Below, piece after piece: positions 29,177-40,119 of a stretch of DNA of 64,000 nt. The stretch covers positions 7,836-71,835 of the IMG/VR virus record IMGVR_UViG_3300029984_000008, one strand, 5' to 3'. The notes beneath the pieces were generated by a model, which saw only the letters and a list, made by a program, of their open reading frames with translations, was not told the DNA's origin and ran no database searches. The DNA is from a virus. A program made the position numbers and the translations under genes. The stretch's first letter is position 1. Each line of letters opens with the position of its first letter.

Positions 29177-31255
29177 ATGAAGAAATTATTAAGTACAGAA
29201 TTTTTAGGTGAGTACCTGGATTTTCCAGAAGAAATGAATGCACTAGGTAAATTTGTCTACTACAGAACTTACAGTAGGTGGCTACCTGAGGTGCATAGGA
29301 GAGAGACTTGGAAAGAGACTTGTGCTAGAGCCACTGAGTACAATGTATCTTTAGCACCTATCACTGAAGCAAGCACAGCAGAGGCTGAAGAATACTTTGA
29401 CAACATGTTCCACCTTAGAGAATTCCTTAGTGGTAGGACTTTGTGGGTAGGTGGCACAGAGGCTGCTAGGAAGTTTCCAATGTCAAATTTCAACTGTGCA
29501 TTTACTACTATTGAGAAGTGGGAAGACTTCAGAGACCTTCAATATCTACTGCTATTAGGCACAGGGGTAGGCTTCAGAATACTACAAAAAGATGTAGCTA
29601 AACTAAAGCCAGTGCGCCAGGGTATAAGATTAATTAGTCATGATTACAACCCAGTAAGAGGCAAAAATGCTAGGGAGGATGATACAAGCTTAAAAGTATA
29701 CGGTAGCGTTGCAGCTATAGTAATTGGTGATAGCAAAGAAGGCTGGTGTGAAGCTATATACCAATACTTCAGACTAATCACCGAGGATGAGTACTCAAAA
29801 GTAGATACTATTCGTGTAGTCTATGATTTTATAAGACCTAAGGGTGAGAGACTAAAAACATTCGGAGGCACAGCTAGTGGTGGTGAGAGCATGAAAATTA
29901 TGCTTACAAAAATACACAATGTCCTAATGACTGATATGTATGCACCGAGACCAGTAGATGGTAAAATAAGACCTATACATGCACTAGATATAGCTAATAT
30001 AATAGGTGCACTAGTTGTAAGCGGCGGTGTAAGAAGAACCTCCGAGATAGCTTTAATAGACCCTAAGGACACTGAGACCTTACAAGCTAAGGCTAAGATA
30101 ACCCTAGAAAATAACTTCAGGTATATGAGTAATAACAGTGTATTCTATGAAGAGAAACCAACTAGAGAGCAGCTAACTAAACACTTTGAGACTATGAGAG
30201 CTAATGGAGAACCTGGTTTTGTTAATGCCTATGCAGCCAGACTACGTAAGCCTACGTTCCAAGGTATTAACCCATGTGCAGAAATCTTACTAGAAAATAA
30301 GGAACTCTGTAACCTAGTAACTACTAACGCTATGGCCTTTGTAGTAGGTAATATGCTAGATATACCAGCTTTTGTACAAGCGCATAGAATGAATGCAAGG
30401 GCAGCCCTTAGAATGACCCTAGTAACACTGGAGCTACCTGAATGGGATAAAGTAGCTAAAGCAGATAGAATAGTAGGTGTAAGCTTATTAGGCTGGTACG
30501 ATATGCTAGACAGCGTAGGAATTGCAGCAGGTAGCCCCCCTGAAAAGCTACTACAAATGCAATTAAAAGAGGCAGTAAAAGAAGCACTTGAAGAATACGC
30601 CTGTGAGCTAGGAATAGATACACCTAAGTTAGCCACTACTATGAAGCCTGAGGGTACATTATCCAAAGTAGCTGGGGGTAGGTCACCAGGAGCACACAGA
30701 AGCCGTGCACCTTACTATATAAGAAGAGTAAGAGTAAATGCGAATGACCCAGTTTTAAAGACTGTGGAAGCTCAAGGGTGGCCAGTAGTTAACGAAACAG
30801 GGCAAGGTGTGTATAATGCTAAGGGTAAACTTACACCAGTTACTACTAGGGTTGTTGAGCTACCAGTAAAGAGTGGAGCTATTCACACTACGATGGACGT
30901 AACAGCAAAGGACCAGCTTGATACGTACTTTGGATTTCAAAGGAACTACACAGAACACAACACAAGCATAACTATAGATGTGCACCCTCACGAGTGGCCT
31001 GAAGTAGAGCAAGCTATCTGGGATAACTGGGACGACTTTGTAGGTGTAAGCTTCTTAGAGAGATTTACTACATTCTATCCACTATTACCTGAAGAAGCTT
31101 GTACTGAGGAGGAGTATGAGGCTAGAGAAGCTAAGATGACTGTATTAGACTCAGAGCTTTTAAATAAGTTTGAAGCTGAGCTTGATACTGCAGGTGAGGA
31201 CTTTGATTTATCTAAGGAAGATGGATGCTCCAACGGAGTTTGTCCCGTGAGGTGA
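29177..31255 (+). CDS. nrdJ: Class II (B12-dependent) monomeric ribonucleotide reductase
   Basis: YYRTYSR, SGRTLW, NCAF, G.GVGF, VVSGGVRR, NPCAE, LCNL, KPEGT and C-terminal CxxGxCPVR. Confidence 0.92.
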   Translation: MKKLLSTEFLGEYLDFPEEMNALGKFVYYRTYSRWLPEVHRRETWKETCARATEYNVSLAPITEASTAEAEEYFDNMFHLREFLSGRTLWVGGTEAARKFPMSNFNCAFTTIEKWEDFRDLQYLLLLGTGVGFRILQKDVAKLKPVRQGIRLISHDYNPVRGKNAREDDTSLKVYGSVAAIVIGDSKEGWCEAIYQYFRLITEDEYSKVDTIRVVYDFIRPKGERLKTFGGTASGGESMKIMLTKIHNVLMTDMYAPRPVDGKIRPIHALDIANIIGALVVSGGVRRTSEIALIDPKDTETLQAKAKITLENNFRYMSNNSVFYEEKPTREQLTKHFETMRANGEPGFVNAYAARLRKPTFQGINPCAEILLENKELCNLVTTNAMAFVVGNMLDIPAFVQAHRMNARAALRMTLVTLELPEWDKVAKADRIVGVSLLGWYDMLDSVGIAAGSPPEKLLQMQLKEAVKEALEEYACELGIDTPKLATTMKPEGTLSKVAGGRSPGAHRSRAPYYIRRVRVNANDPVLKTVEAQGWPVVNETGQGVYNAKGKLTPVTTRVVELPVKSGAIHTTMDVTAKDQLDTYFGFQRNYTEHNTSITIDVHPHEWPEVEQAIWDNWDDFVGVSFLERFTTFYPLLPEEACTEEEYEAREAKMTVLDSELLNKFEAELDTAGEDFDLSKEDGCSNGVCPVR

Positions 31256-31316
31256 TTATTTACCCGTTGACTAACCACCTTTTATGCAGTATAATAAGGC
31301 TAGGAGGTGGTAATCT

Positions 31317-32084
31317 ATGGAAACAAAGATATGCCAGACATGTGGGAAAGAAAAAAATGTAGGTGACTTTGCAAAAAACGGCTTTAAAAGGAATGGAGAA
31401 CAGTCATACAGACCTAATTGTAGGCACTGCGAAGGACATGATAAACCAAAACGTGCTGCAATGGTAACTAAGGTAGTTAAAGGCACGCTGTATAGGAAAT
31501 GTGCGGCATGTAACAGCTATAAACCGAGCACATCTGAATACTTTGAGGGAAATCGGACTATGTGCCTTATGTGCAAGGCCTTTGCTAACAAGCAAAGAAG
31601 ACAGAGACAAAAAGAGACTGATATTGTTATGTATAAGTGCAGAGAAATGGCATGGTCTGCCTACGCTAGGGTATTTGCTAAATCTAAATCGTATAAAAAG
31701 GGCTACAGACATTTAGTGGAACCTTTTGGCTTTAGTACACCCACAGAAATGAAACTATACTTGTATGCAAACTTCTATGCTGATATAAAGACCCTACTAG
31801 ATAAAGGGCTAGTACCTAGTGTAGACCGCAAAGATACTAGTATAGGCTATACACCTGCTAATATTCATATCTTAGACTTTGTAGAGAATACTGAGTTGGG
31901 AGTGAATACTAGGAAACACCCTGTTAGTGTAAGCTATCCAGACGGTGCAATAAAAAACTTTAGTAGCGTGAGGCAGTGTGCTGATTTTTTTAATACAAAT
32001 GACTCGCATATTAGACAATGGATTAAAGGTACTTATAAGCCGTTAAATAAGTGTAAATTTGCCTACACAGAGGCAGTAAAATAG
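31317..32084 (+). CDS. Free-standing homing endonuclease-like protein
   Basis: CxxC repeats, PSVDR.D..IGY..NI..EN core and NUMOD1-like C-terminus; own promoter TTGACT-17-TATAAT at 31267-31295. Confidence 0.7.
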   Translation: METKICQTCGKEKNVGDFAKNGFKRNGEQSYRPNCRHCEGHDKPKRAAMVTKVVKGTLYRKCAACNSYKPSTSEYFEGNRTMCLMCKAFANKQRRQRQKETDIVMYKCREMAWSAYARVFAKSKSYKKGYRHLVEPFGFSTPTEMKLYLYANFYADIKTLLDKGLVPSVDRKDTSIGYTPANIHILDFVENTELGVNTRKHPVSVSYPDGAIKNFSSVRQCADFFNTNDSHIRQWIKGTYKPLNKCKFAYTEAVK

Positions 32085-32170
32085 CCACCGTATACTTTCT
32101 AAAAAGACCTTTGTATAGTAGGAGTAAGAGGTCGCAAGGCCTCTACAAATAAAATTATGGAGGTATCAGT

Positions 32171-32368
32171 ATGTTATACAGAGTAGTAGCTAACATGAAT
32201 AAAAATGAGAGGGTAACTTTTGAAGGTGTGACAAAGGAAAAGGCGTTAGAGTACGCAAAGGATACTCTAACAAGTGCTAGGTTTGCAAAGGATAATATTA
32301 CAGGAATATTAGTATATGAAGTCAAAGAAGTTGGGGAGCTTACTTACGACGAACTATTAAGTAAATAA
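32171..32368 (+). CDS. Hypothetical protein
   Basis: Follows motif copy 4; RBS GGAGGT. Confidence 0.6.
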   Translation: MLYRVVANMNKNERVTFEGVTKEKALEYAKDTLTSARFAKDNITGILVYEVKEVGELTYDELLSK

Positions 32369-32425
32369 AGATATTGGGAGGCCTTATGACCTCTACAAAT
32401 AAATAAAATAAGAGGAGAGATTATT

Positions 32426-33058
32426 ATGAAAAAATGGTCAACTAGAAGAAAAAAGGAAATAGCAGCAAAAATTGAAGAGTCAGCAGAGGCTGCACAACTA
32501 CAACTTATGGGAAAATTAATAATTGAGAAATTACATGTAGATGCAATAATACCAACTTATGCATCAGATGGTGATAGCGGTATGGATGTGTACGCTGTAG
32601 AAGATATTACATTGCAGCCAGGGGAAACTAAAATAATTAAAATAGGAATTAAAATGGAAATACCTAGACACCCTCTACATGAATTAGGCTATCGTTTTGA
32701 GTGTCAAGTAAGGCCTAAATCAGGCATAAGCGCTGCTACACTTATTAGAATGGCTAATGCCCCAGGCACAGTAGATAATTTTTTCAGGGATGAGATAGGT
32801 GTTATATTAACTAACACAGCCGATAGAGTTAATCTACTATATCGTACAGACCACTTCTTAGACCTAAAAGGAAATAAGGTGCCTGTAGAAGATGTAGAGA
32901 CAGCAGCCGCTATACCAGCTAAAACTTACCTTATACGTAAGGGTAACAAAATAGCTCAATTAGTATTCAATGAAGTAATAAGACCTCTAGTCATTGAAGA
33001 AGGAATAGTCAATGATGAAGACAGCAGAGGCGGTGGCTTCGGACATACTGGAATATAA
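32426..33058 (+). CDS. dut: Trimeric dUTPase with insertion
   Basis: Motifs SGMDV, RPKSG, GTVD..FR.EI, KIAQLV and RGGGFGHTG. Confidence 0.9.
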   Translation: MKKWSTRRKKEIAAKIEESAEAAQLQLMGKLIIEKLHVDAIIPTYASDGDSGMDVYAVEDITLQPGETKIIKIGIKMEIPRHPLHELGYRFECQVRPKSGISAATLIRMANAPGTVDNFFRDEIGVILTNTADRVNLLYRTDHFLDLKGNKVPVEDVETAAAIPAKTYLIRKGNKIAQLVFNEVIRPLVIEEGIVNDEDSRGGGFGHTGI

Positions 33059-33152
33059 ACATTGTATAAATAGGTAAGTAATAGTATAGTAATAGCAAGA
33101 CCTTAGAATATAGTCAAAAATTTATTTAACAAGTATATTGCGTAAGGTCAAA

Positions 33153-33189
33153 GAAAGCACCTAGGGCCCACTCTCTAGGCGCTTTTCTT
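33153..33189 (+). terminator. Intrinsic terminator
   Basis: gaaagcacctag..ctaggcgcttttc hairpin followed by a T-rich tail. Confidence 0.6.
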
Positions 33190-33317
33190 ATGACTTAAAA
33201 GTTGTTCATGTTTGTAAAAAGTTGTTGACTAATTCTAACCGTTAGTATATACTATTATATAACAGCATAAGTTATAGCAAAGAGAGTAAATAATATAAAT
33301 GAAAGAGAGTTGATATA

Positions 33318-34949
33318 TTGATGTTAATGCAAGCAGTGAACAAATTTATAATGGCCAGTAGAGAGTACAGTGAGCAATCAAAAGCTCAATACACAGATAA
33401 AGGGAATGTTAAGAACTATTTCAGAGCCTCAGAGTTAGGCGGTGGTGATAGAAAAATCTTATACGGATTCTTCAAACACCAAATACCAGTTATACCTAGA
33501 ACAACAAAAAACCTTAGACAGCTAGCAAATGGAGACAGTATGCATGCCAGATACCAAAAGTGGTGGGAAGACATGGGTGTTCTAATCTCAATGGAAGAAC
33601 GTCTAAGCTCAAAGGACGACGATTACTTAAAGCAATTTGAATGGGAATGGGCAGGACACTATGATGGATTACTAGACGTAAATATCCTCAGAGCTCATGC
33701 ACAAGATTTATGCACTATAGGTTACAGCAAGAATGAAGACACTGACCAGTGGGAAATTGAAGTAGACATAGACGACACATACGCTAAGTCAATAGGTTTA
33801 TATACAGCCGAAGGAGAGTACAACGAAGCATACGAAGCTCTTCCAATGGTAGCGGACCTTAAGACTATGAACCCTTGGGGATTTAAAAGAGTAGCTAATG
33901 GTGATGTATCTGAGCTCAGAGGCTATATAGACCAAATAACTTTCTATATGTACATGCTAAATACACCATATGGAAGCATCTACATTGAAGATAAGGGCAG
34001 CAATGATTTAGTAGAGGTCCAAATACTATGGCATGATATGCACGAAGGCGCTGACTACCAGTTTACACCTGAGATACACGGTGAGCCAGCAGACGGTGTG
34101 CTTAGAGTAGTAGTAGACAGTGAAAGATTCTACGGAAGCGACCAAGTATTAGGTGTAGTAGCTAGAGTAAATCAACTTTGGGAAACAAAGAAATTACTAG
34201 AGGCAGCGCAAGCAACTAATGCAGATATGGCAGATATAATGCCACCAAGATGTTCTGAGTCTCCTGATGCTTTTCCTTGTTCGTGGGGAAAAGGCGCTGA
34301 AAAGTGTGAGTTCTTCAATCATTGCTGGAATCAGTACACTAACGGCCTTTCAATAGTAGCATATGAAGCGTGTCCTGAAGAGCTTCAGTGGGAAATTATA
34401 GCTGAAGGTGAAGCTAATTATAAAGTAGACAGCAGAAAAGTACCTGCAGGTGTAACACTAGAAGCATTACAAGCTTTAGTAGATATGCAAGCAGTAGACA
34501 TAAGCCAGTTCTTAGTTGATACAGAGGCTGATGTAGCACCCGAAGTTGAAGAAGAAGACTTAAATGCAGACCACTTATTTGACTCAGGCGGCGAGCTTAA
34601 TCTAGGTCCTGCTACAGTAGAATTTATAGGGCAAGCACTTAATGTACCTATTACACCAGCAGCAGCTACACCAGCAGCAGCTACACCTACTAAAACTGTA
34701 GGTTCACCTGCAGCGAAGTCTCCAAGTGTAGGAAAGCCTGTGCTTCAAGGTGGCCCAGCACCAGCAAATAAGGTAGATACAGCAGCCACAGCACTACCAA
34801 ACGTAGCTGTAGAGTATATAAATGCGGATAATAAAAAAGCAATTAAGTGTTTGAAGTGTAGTGAAGAGCTAACTTATATGAAGCTAGGAAATGGTTGCAC
34901 TAAGAAATGTGAAAAATGTGGCAATGTAAATAAAGTATTAAGAGCATAA
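33318..34949 (+). CDS. PD-(D/E)XK (Cas4-like) exonuclease with C-terminal Zn ribbon
   Basis: RASELG, G..MH..Q, GHYDGLL, ADLKT, Q..FYM, Cys cluster C..CEF..HC; Ala/Pro linker; CxxC..CxxC tail. Confidence 0.7.
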   Translation: MMLMQAVNKFIMASREYSEQSKAQYTDKGNVKNYFRASELGGGDRKILYGFFKHQIPVIPRTTKNLRQLANGDSMHARYQKWWEDMGVLISMEERLSSKDDDYLKQFEWEWAGHYDGLLDVNILRAHAQDLCTIGYSKNEDTDQWEIEVDIDDTYAKSIGLYTAEGEYNEAYEALPMVADLKTMNPWGFKRVANGDVSELRGYIDQITFYMYMLNTPYGSIYIEDKGSNDLVEVQILWHDMHEGADYQFTPEIHGEPADGVLRVVVDSERFYGSDQVLGVVARVNQLWETKKLLEAAQATNADMADIMPPRCSESPDAFPCSWGKGAEKCEFFNHCWNQYTNGLSIVAYEACPEELQWEIIAEGEANYKVDSRKVPAGVTLEALQALVDMQAVDISQFLVDTEADVAPEVEEEDLNADHLFDSGGELNLGPATVEFIGQALNVPITPAAATPAAATPTKTVGSPAAKSPSVGKPVLQGGPAPANKVDTAATALPNVAVEYINADNKKAIKCLKCSEELTYMKLGNGCTKKCEKCGNVNKVLRA

Positions 34950-35019
34950 TAATAGTAGAAGCCAAGGACCTCTACGGAGGTCCTTTTCTTGCACAATAAT
35001 TTATAGGGGGACGATGTAA

Positions 35020-35463
35020 ATGTTTATAGAAGAAGATTTTTATTCAGCAATAAGTGCTAAAACTACCTGGAGCACAAAGAATTTAGTAATGGAACTATTT
35101 AAGCAAGTAGATAAAATAGAGGATAGCAACACCGCAAAAGTATATGCGCAGGCGTTAGAGAATTTTAGTGATTATGCTAAAGCTAATAATATAACTTCAA
35201 TAGGGCGTAACCAATTTTATAGCTGGTTTAAGCCCGAGGTTGGCAAACTTTCACATATGGCTAGACATGAAACTATTCATGAAACTATTAAGCCAGTGCA
35301 AGTAGCCACCTCGGCCTTAGATTACCACTTCTCAAGCTATGAGGAGCTACTGCATGAAAATGACCAGCTAAAAAGGCTACTAAATCAGGCGATGAGTCAG
35401 ACAACTATATTACTACGCACTACACAAGCCCTAGCATCAGCTCTGGGGATGCAAAGTAAGTAG
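35020..35463 (+). CDS. Hypothetical protein
   Basis: RBS AGGGGG; coiled-coil C-terminus. Confidence 0.55.
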   Translation: MFIEEDFYSAISAKTTWSTKNLVMELFKQVDKIEDSNTAKVYAQALENFSDYAKANNITSIGRNQFYSWFKPEVGKLSHMARHETIHETIKPVQVATSALDYHFSSYEELLHENDQLKRLLNQAMSQTTILLRTTQALASALGMQSK

Positions 35464-35564
35464 GAATGTAATTGCACCTGAAATCTATATTTGCCTCTCC
35501 AGGAGGTCATATAACGTGGCAAATATAGGTTTAACTGTAAAGAACTAAAAGGAGAGGGTATAGT

Positions 35565-36483
35565 ATGAAAAAAGAACCAGAAGAACCAGTAATCTTAAGA
35601 AAGGCAAAAGAGACTGTAACAGACCAGTATGATAGGGTGCACCTTATAGAAGACCATGACTATTCATTATTTTATGAGACCGAGGATAAAATATATGTAC
35701 ATGATGAGTTCCATCATGTGGTCGGATTTAGTAGGAATGCTTTTTATGCAGAGGGTGAAGCTGCACCTAATAACTTAAGCACAGAATAAGGGGGGTACAA
35801 AATTATGGGTAAAGTTTTAAGCCTCAGCACAGGGGCTCAATTGGATAAACAAGATTGTAGTGAAAATGATAAGCTTGCAGCTCAGGGGATATACCTAGGC
35901 CGTATATCAGTGCTTGAAGCAGAGGCTATGCGTGGTCTACAGGATAGACTTACATGTGAAAAAGCTAAGCTAGATGAGCTTATAGCAGACTTCGATATGC
36001 ACTATCAGGACTACCTAGAGAATGTATTAAATGTTTATATACTGCTAGATATGGATTATAACAAGTACACTACTAAGGACTTACTAATGTTTAGTGAGGA
36101 TGGCAATGTGTGGTTAGCTAAAAAATAATAGAGGGGGATTGAGGGTAATGAATAAATACTGTGACCACTGTGATTGGTTGTCTTTAACAGAAGAGAGACA
36201 GCGCTATTTAAGATACAGGGCGAAGACAGAAGGACTAGTTTTACATGCAACGGAGGAGAATCATTACTGCAATATGTATAGAAAAAAGCTATTGCACTTT
36301 AATGAGCATCCACTAATACCTAGGCTACCAGAGTGCATTAAAGCTGAGATAGAGACCGACCTGAAAGCACAGCTAGAAAATGATATAGAGATTGTAGAGC
36401 TTAAAGAGTCTTTTGCACCTGGCTCTGAAGCAATTGTACACAGCATAGATATAACTTATAGCACTGAGGAGGCTAAGAAGTAG
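35565..36483 (+). other. Three small hypothetical genes (35565-35789, 35805-36128, 36139/36148-36483)
   Basis: Consecutive ORFs with RBSs. Confidence 0.55.
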
Positions 36484-36485
36484 CT

Positions 36486-36866
36486 ATGAATAAAGTAAGG
36501 ATGACCAGAAAAAATAACGGTAAATGTATACAGTGTGGTCAACCATTGGATAGGGAGGGTATATATTGTGCTGCATGCAACAGCTATAATAATAAAAATA
36601 GTAGAAAGCATGTGCATGAGCTGCATGAGCAGGGGATATGTAGTACTTGCAGAAAGCCTCTGGAGGCAGGTAGAAAAACCTTACTGTGTGGGCCTTGTGC
36701 AGCTAAGCTAAGACTCCGAGCAAGAATGGTAACGGCAGAACGCAGAGAAAAACATTTATGTGTACAGTGTGGGGCACCAGCTGATGGAAGGTCACAGTGT
36801 CGCAGATGTTTGGACATGGTAATAGAAAGACGTAGAAAAGCATTAAATTTAGAGTTGAGGTGGTAA
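36486..36866 (+). CDS. Repetitive CxxC zinc-finger protein
   Basis: Three G.C..CG..C..C units; paralogue of 38229-38618. Confidence 0.7.
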   Translation: MNKVRMTRKNNGKCIQCGQPLDREGIYCAACNSYNNKNSRKHVHELHEQGICSTCRKPLEAGRKTLLCGPCAAKLRLRARMVTAERREKHLCVQCGAPADGRSQCRRCLDMVIERRRKALNLELRW

Positions 36867-37084
36867 TAATGGTTATAGGAAAAGATAGCCTAGTAAAAGT
36901 GGTGAGAACCAACAGTGTACCTATAGAGCTTTTAGGTGCATACGGTATTGTTACTTGTAGAGCATATGAAGATAAATGGTTAGTAGAATTTAAGGGTCGT
37001 ACAGGAGGCACAATGGCGCTATCTTGTACTGTAAGAGAGGAAGACCTGGAAGTAATTGGCACAGTGGTTAGGCTAGAGGTGTAA
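36860..37084 (+). CDS. Hypothetical SH3-like protein
   Basis: Short beta-rich ORF (LVKV..YGIV..WLVEF..VREEDLEVI). Confidence 0.45.
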   Translation: MVIMVIGKDSLVKVVRTNSVPIELLGAYGIVTCRAYEDKWLVEFKGRTGGTMALSCTVREEDLEVIGTVVRLEV

Positions 37085-37163
37085 AACTTATCGGGAAACG
37101 TAAATTTCCCGAAATTTCGACACTAAATGTAAGTATAGCGAATTGAGTTTAAGGGGTGATTAT

Positions 37164-37319
37164 ATGAAAGTATGCAGTTTTTGTGGTAAAACTGAAAAAC
37201 AAGCAAAGAGAATAATAACATCTACAAATGCTGATATATGCGATGAATGTATTTTAGTTTGTCTTGATATTCTTATTAAATCCCAAGCAGAATACAAAGA
37301 AATAGCATTTAAAAAGTAA
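37164..37319 (+). CDS. Stand-alone ClpX C4-type zinc-binding domain, 51 aa (not in ORF track)
   Basis: MKVCSFCGKTEKQAKRIITSTNADICDECILVCLDILIKSQ matches the ClpX N-domain pattern CSFCGK..ICDEC..C..I; RBS AAGGGGTGA. Confidence 0.85.
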   Translation: MKVCSFCGKTEKQAKRIITSTNADICDECILVCLDILIKSQAEYKEIAFKK

Positions 37320-37336
37320 TGAGAGGGTGAAGAGCT

Positions 37337-38228
37337 ATGGGAAAATATGAAATGAGAAAATGCAAAAGTTGTGGTAAAGACTTTGAGCCAAAAAGAAAAA
37401 ATCAAGTTAATTGTACAGCAGAGTGTCCTATGCTATTCGGTGGTGGGGTAACAAGAAAAGGTAAGACAACTACTGTAAAAGGTGCTTTAAATTGCTATAT
37501 GTATATGAAAGGGTGGTTATAAAATGAATGAAAATGGAGAACAATTTAAAAAGGAATTAGCAGAGCTATGTGCAAAATATAACGTAGCTATTTTTGCAGG
37601 GTTCCGTGGGCTGATGTTTAATTTTATGAATGAGGCTGATAAAGAAAATAGCGCTCATGACTACTACAGTCAAAATTTAGAAACAAAGGAGCTTATAGTA
37701 TATGAAGAAAGTAAAAGATAATATGGTGGAGAAAATAATAGTCAAATATGACGACGGCACAGAGAAGGAAATATTAAAAGGTGTAATAATTACAGATGAA
37801 GACACTTATAATGAAGACGGGGACCATAATTTAACTTTCGAGTTTGCTAGTATGAGTGGTACTGAGGTCGCTAATGTTATCATAGGCTGTGTGCAATTAG
37901 GTACAGAGCTAGGCCTATTCAATGATGCTGAGGAGGCTGATGAGTAATGGCATGTAAGTGTATCTATGAAATTGAAGCAGAGCTAAAAGAACGCTATGCA
38001 AAAAATAAAGATATAGAAGAGGTGCTAGGCGCAAAGCTACAGAATACAGCTTTAATGTTCAGTGACGGAGGCGCAGTTAAGCAGGAGCTATATAGTCCTG
38101 TAGTAATTGAGCACACCTACAAAAATAGGAAGGGTGAGCCTAAGACCAAAAAATCAAAGGCAAATATGGCCTATAAATACTGTCCGTTCTGTGGTGTACC
38201 TTATAATGAAGAGGAGGCTAAAAAATAA
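37337..38228 (+). other. Four small hypothetical genes (37337-37522, 37524-37721, 37702/37723-37947, 37947-38228), two Cys-rich
   Basis: Abutting ORFs with RBSs; CKSCGKDF..CT.EC and YCPFCG motifs. Confidence 0.55.
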
Positions 38229-38618
38229 TTGGGAAATATGACGATAGATTATCGTAAGGCGAATGGGCTATGTATAAAGTGTGGAGAACTTTTGGATAGA
38301 AAAGGCACGTATTGTGTGGATTGTTGTAAGTATCTGAGAGCAGAGCATAAGTTGCAATTAATACGGTTACGAGCAAAAGGGCTATGCACAGCTTGTGGAA
38401 AACCAGTAGACCGTGATGGGTCAGTGTGCTCTAGTTGTGTAGCTAAATATAGTCAGATGCAAAAAGATAGAATAGCTGAGCGTAAGGCAAATGGCCAATG
38501 TGCTCAGTGTGGGGTTAAGAATACTAATGGTAGAATTAGATGCGAGACATGTCTAGCCTGGCACAGGATAGCTGCAAAAGCGTCAAGAGAAGAGAAAAGA
38601 AAAAGCATTAAAAACTAG
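38229..38618 (+). CDS. Repetitive CxxC zinc-finger protein
   Basis: GLCIKCG..LDR.G.YC..C repeats; paralogue of 36486-36866. Confidence 0.7.
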   Translation: MGNMTIDYRKANGLCIKCGELLDRKGTYCVDCCKYLRAEHKLQLIRLRAKGLCTACGKPVDRDGSVCSSCVAKYSQMQKDRIAERKANGQCAQCGVKNTNGRIRCETCLAWHRIAAKASREEKRKSIKN

Positions 38619-38646
38619 TATAAAAAGCTTAAACTTGGACATACTA
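38618..38646 (+). promoter_or_regulatory. Sigma-G/sigma-F-type (forespore) promoter
   Basis: GTATA-14-GGACATACTA, i.e. 17 nt to CATACTA. Confidence 0.6.
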
Positions 38647-38890
38647 ATAATAGACCCAGAGGACTGTATACTTTTTAGAAAGACCTTTGTATATTAACAA
38701 TAAGGAAGTGGGAAACATTTCCAATTAATATATAAGGAGAGGGTAGTATGCTAATATTTGTAGGGTATGTGGTAGCTCTATTTGCAACTCTATTGTGGCT
38801 AGAGAGTGCGCTGTATAAAAAAGACCCAAGAGACTAGCTAAGTGGAGCATACAGTGCTCCCAAAATAAAATAAAGAGGATGTGTTAATTA

Positions 38891-40072
38891 ATGAATAAAG
38901 AAGAGATATTTGAAATAATGAAAGAAATAACTGGTAGGTGCTTTGAAAGCCCCCAAGAAGTAGAGGTATTTTTTGGTGTATCGTACAGCGAAATTTATAT
39001 AGAAATACATCATATAATAGTTAGTAATAATGACCCAGAGCTTTTTGAAATGGCTGTGAGGGCACATACAGCTCTAACATATATAACATTACAAAAATCT
39101 ACTAATAGGGCAGAAATAGAATTATATCTATTATCATTATTAAAAAATAAAAAGGATGGTGAATAATTATGAAATTGAATAAAAATACACCTGTAAAACA
39201 AGCTGTAAAACAAGAGGTAGTACAAACTGTAAAACAACCAGTAACAAAGGCACCTGTAAAACCTACTATACCTGCACCTAAGGCTACAGAGGCTGTAAAA
39301 CAAGTAGCACCTAAAGTTGTTGCACAAGCTGTAAAACCTACACCTATAAATCTACCTATAAATCTAGATGATGCTAAGCTATTATTTAAGCCAGAGCCTA
39401 ACGAGACAGCTGTAGCTCAGGAACAAAAAGGAATAATGATAAGTGATAAGTATATGATACAGACTCTGGACGTACTTAATGTAGTATTAAAAGAAAAGTA
39501 TATACCTAAGCCTAAGGTTATAGCTGGGGAACCTACAGAGGACTCTGAGGATATAGAAGAGCCTGATGCTGAGGTGCCTGAAGGTCAATGGAAAATAGTA
39601 GCGTTCTGCGCTAGCATAGAGCTTGCATTTAAGGTTATTGTAAATAGAGAAATCAATATCACCATTAATAAAGGACTCGAAGAAGTAGTTAAGAAGGTAG
39701 CAGAGCTTAAGACCTTTAAAACTAAATTAGTAGAGAGGTGCAGTAGTGAGAATGAATAGAATATCAAATGCTTATAGCGATGTAGTAAATACTCTTACAG
39801 AGGCTAGTATAGAGGTCACAGTGTTAACACTAAATGCTATTAGATTTATAGACCTGAAGGATGAGATGCAGCTGCAGGAAGCACTGGCTACGGCTAGGCA
39901 GCTAGAGCCTATAGAGAACGACTATGTGGTTAATAGATATGCTGACGTATTAGACTTCTTAATAGAGCATAGGCTAGAAACTAATAAAGCTAACATACAT
40001 GTATTCACTTTCATAGACCTTAATGACAAAGATAGGGTTAAGAGTGCCCTAAGAAATCTAGAGGTGGTGTAG
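38891..40072 (+). other. Three hypothetical genes (38891-39166, 39169-39759 with Pro/Lys/Val repeats, 39746/39752-40072)
   Basis: Consecutive ORFs with RBSs. Confidence 0.55.
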
Positions 40073-40119
40073 TACGTAATATGTTTAAATTGCGTAGTAA
40101 ATTTAAGGAGGAATTAAAA

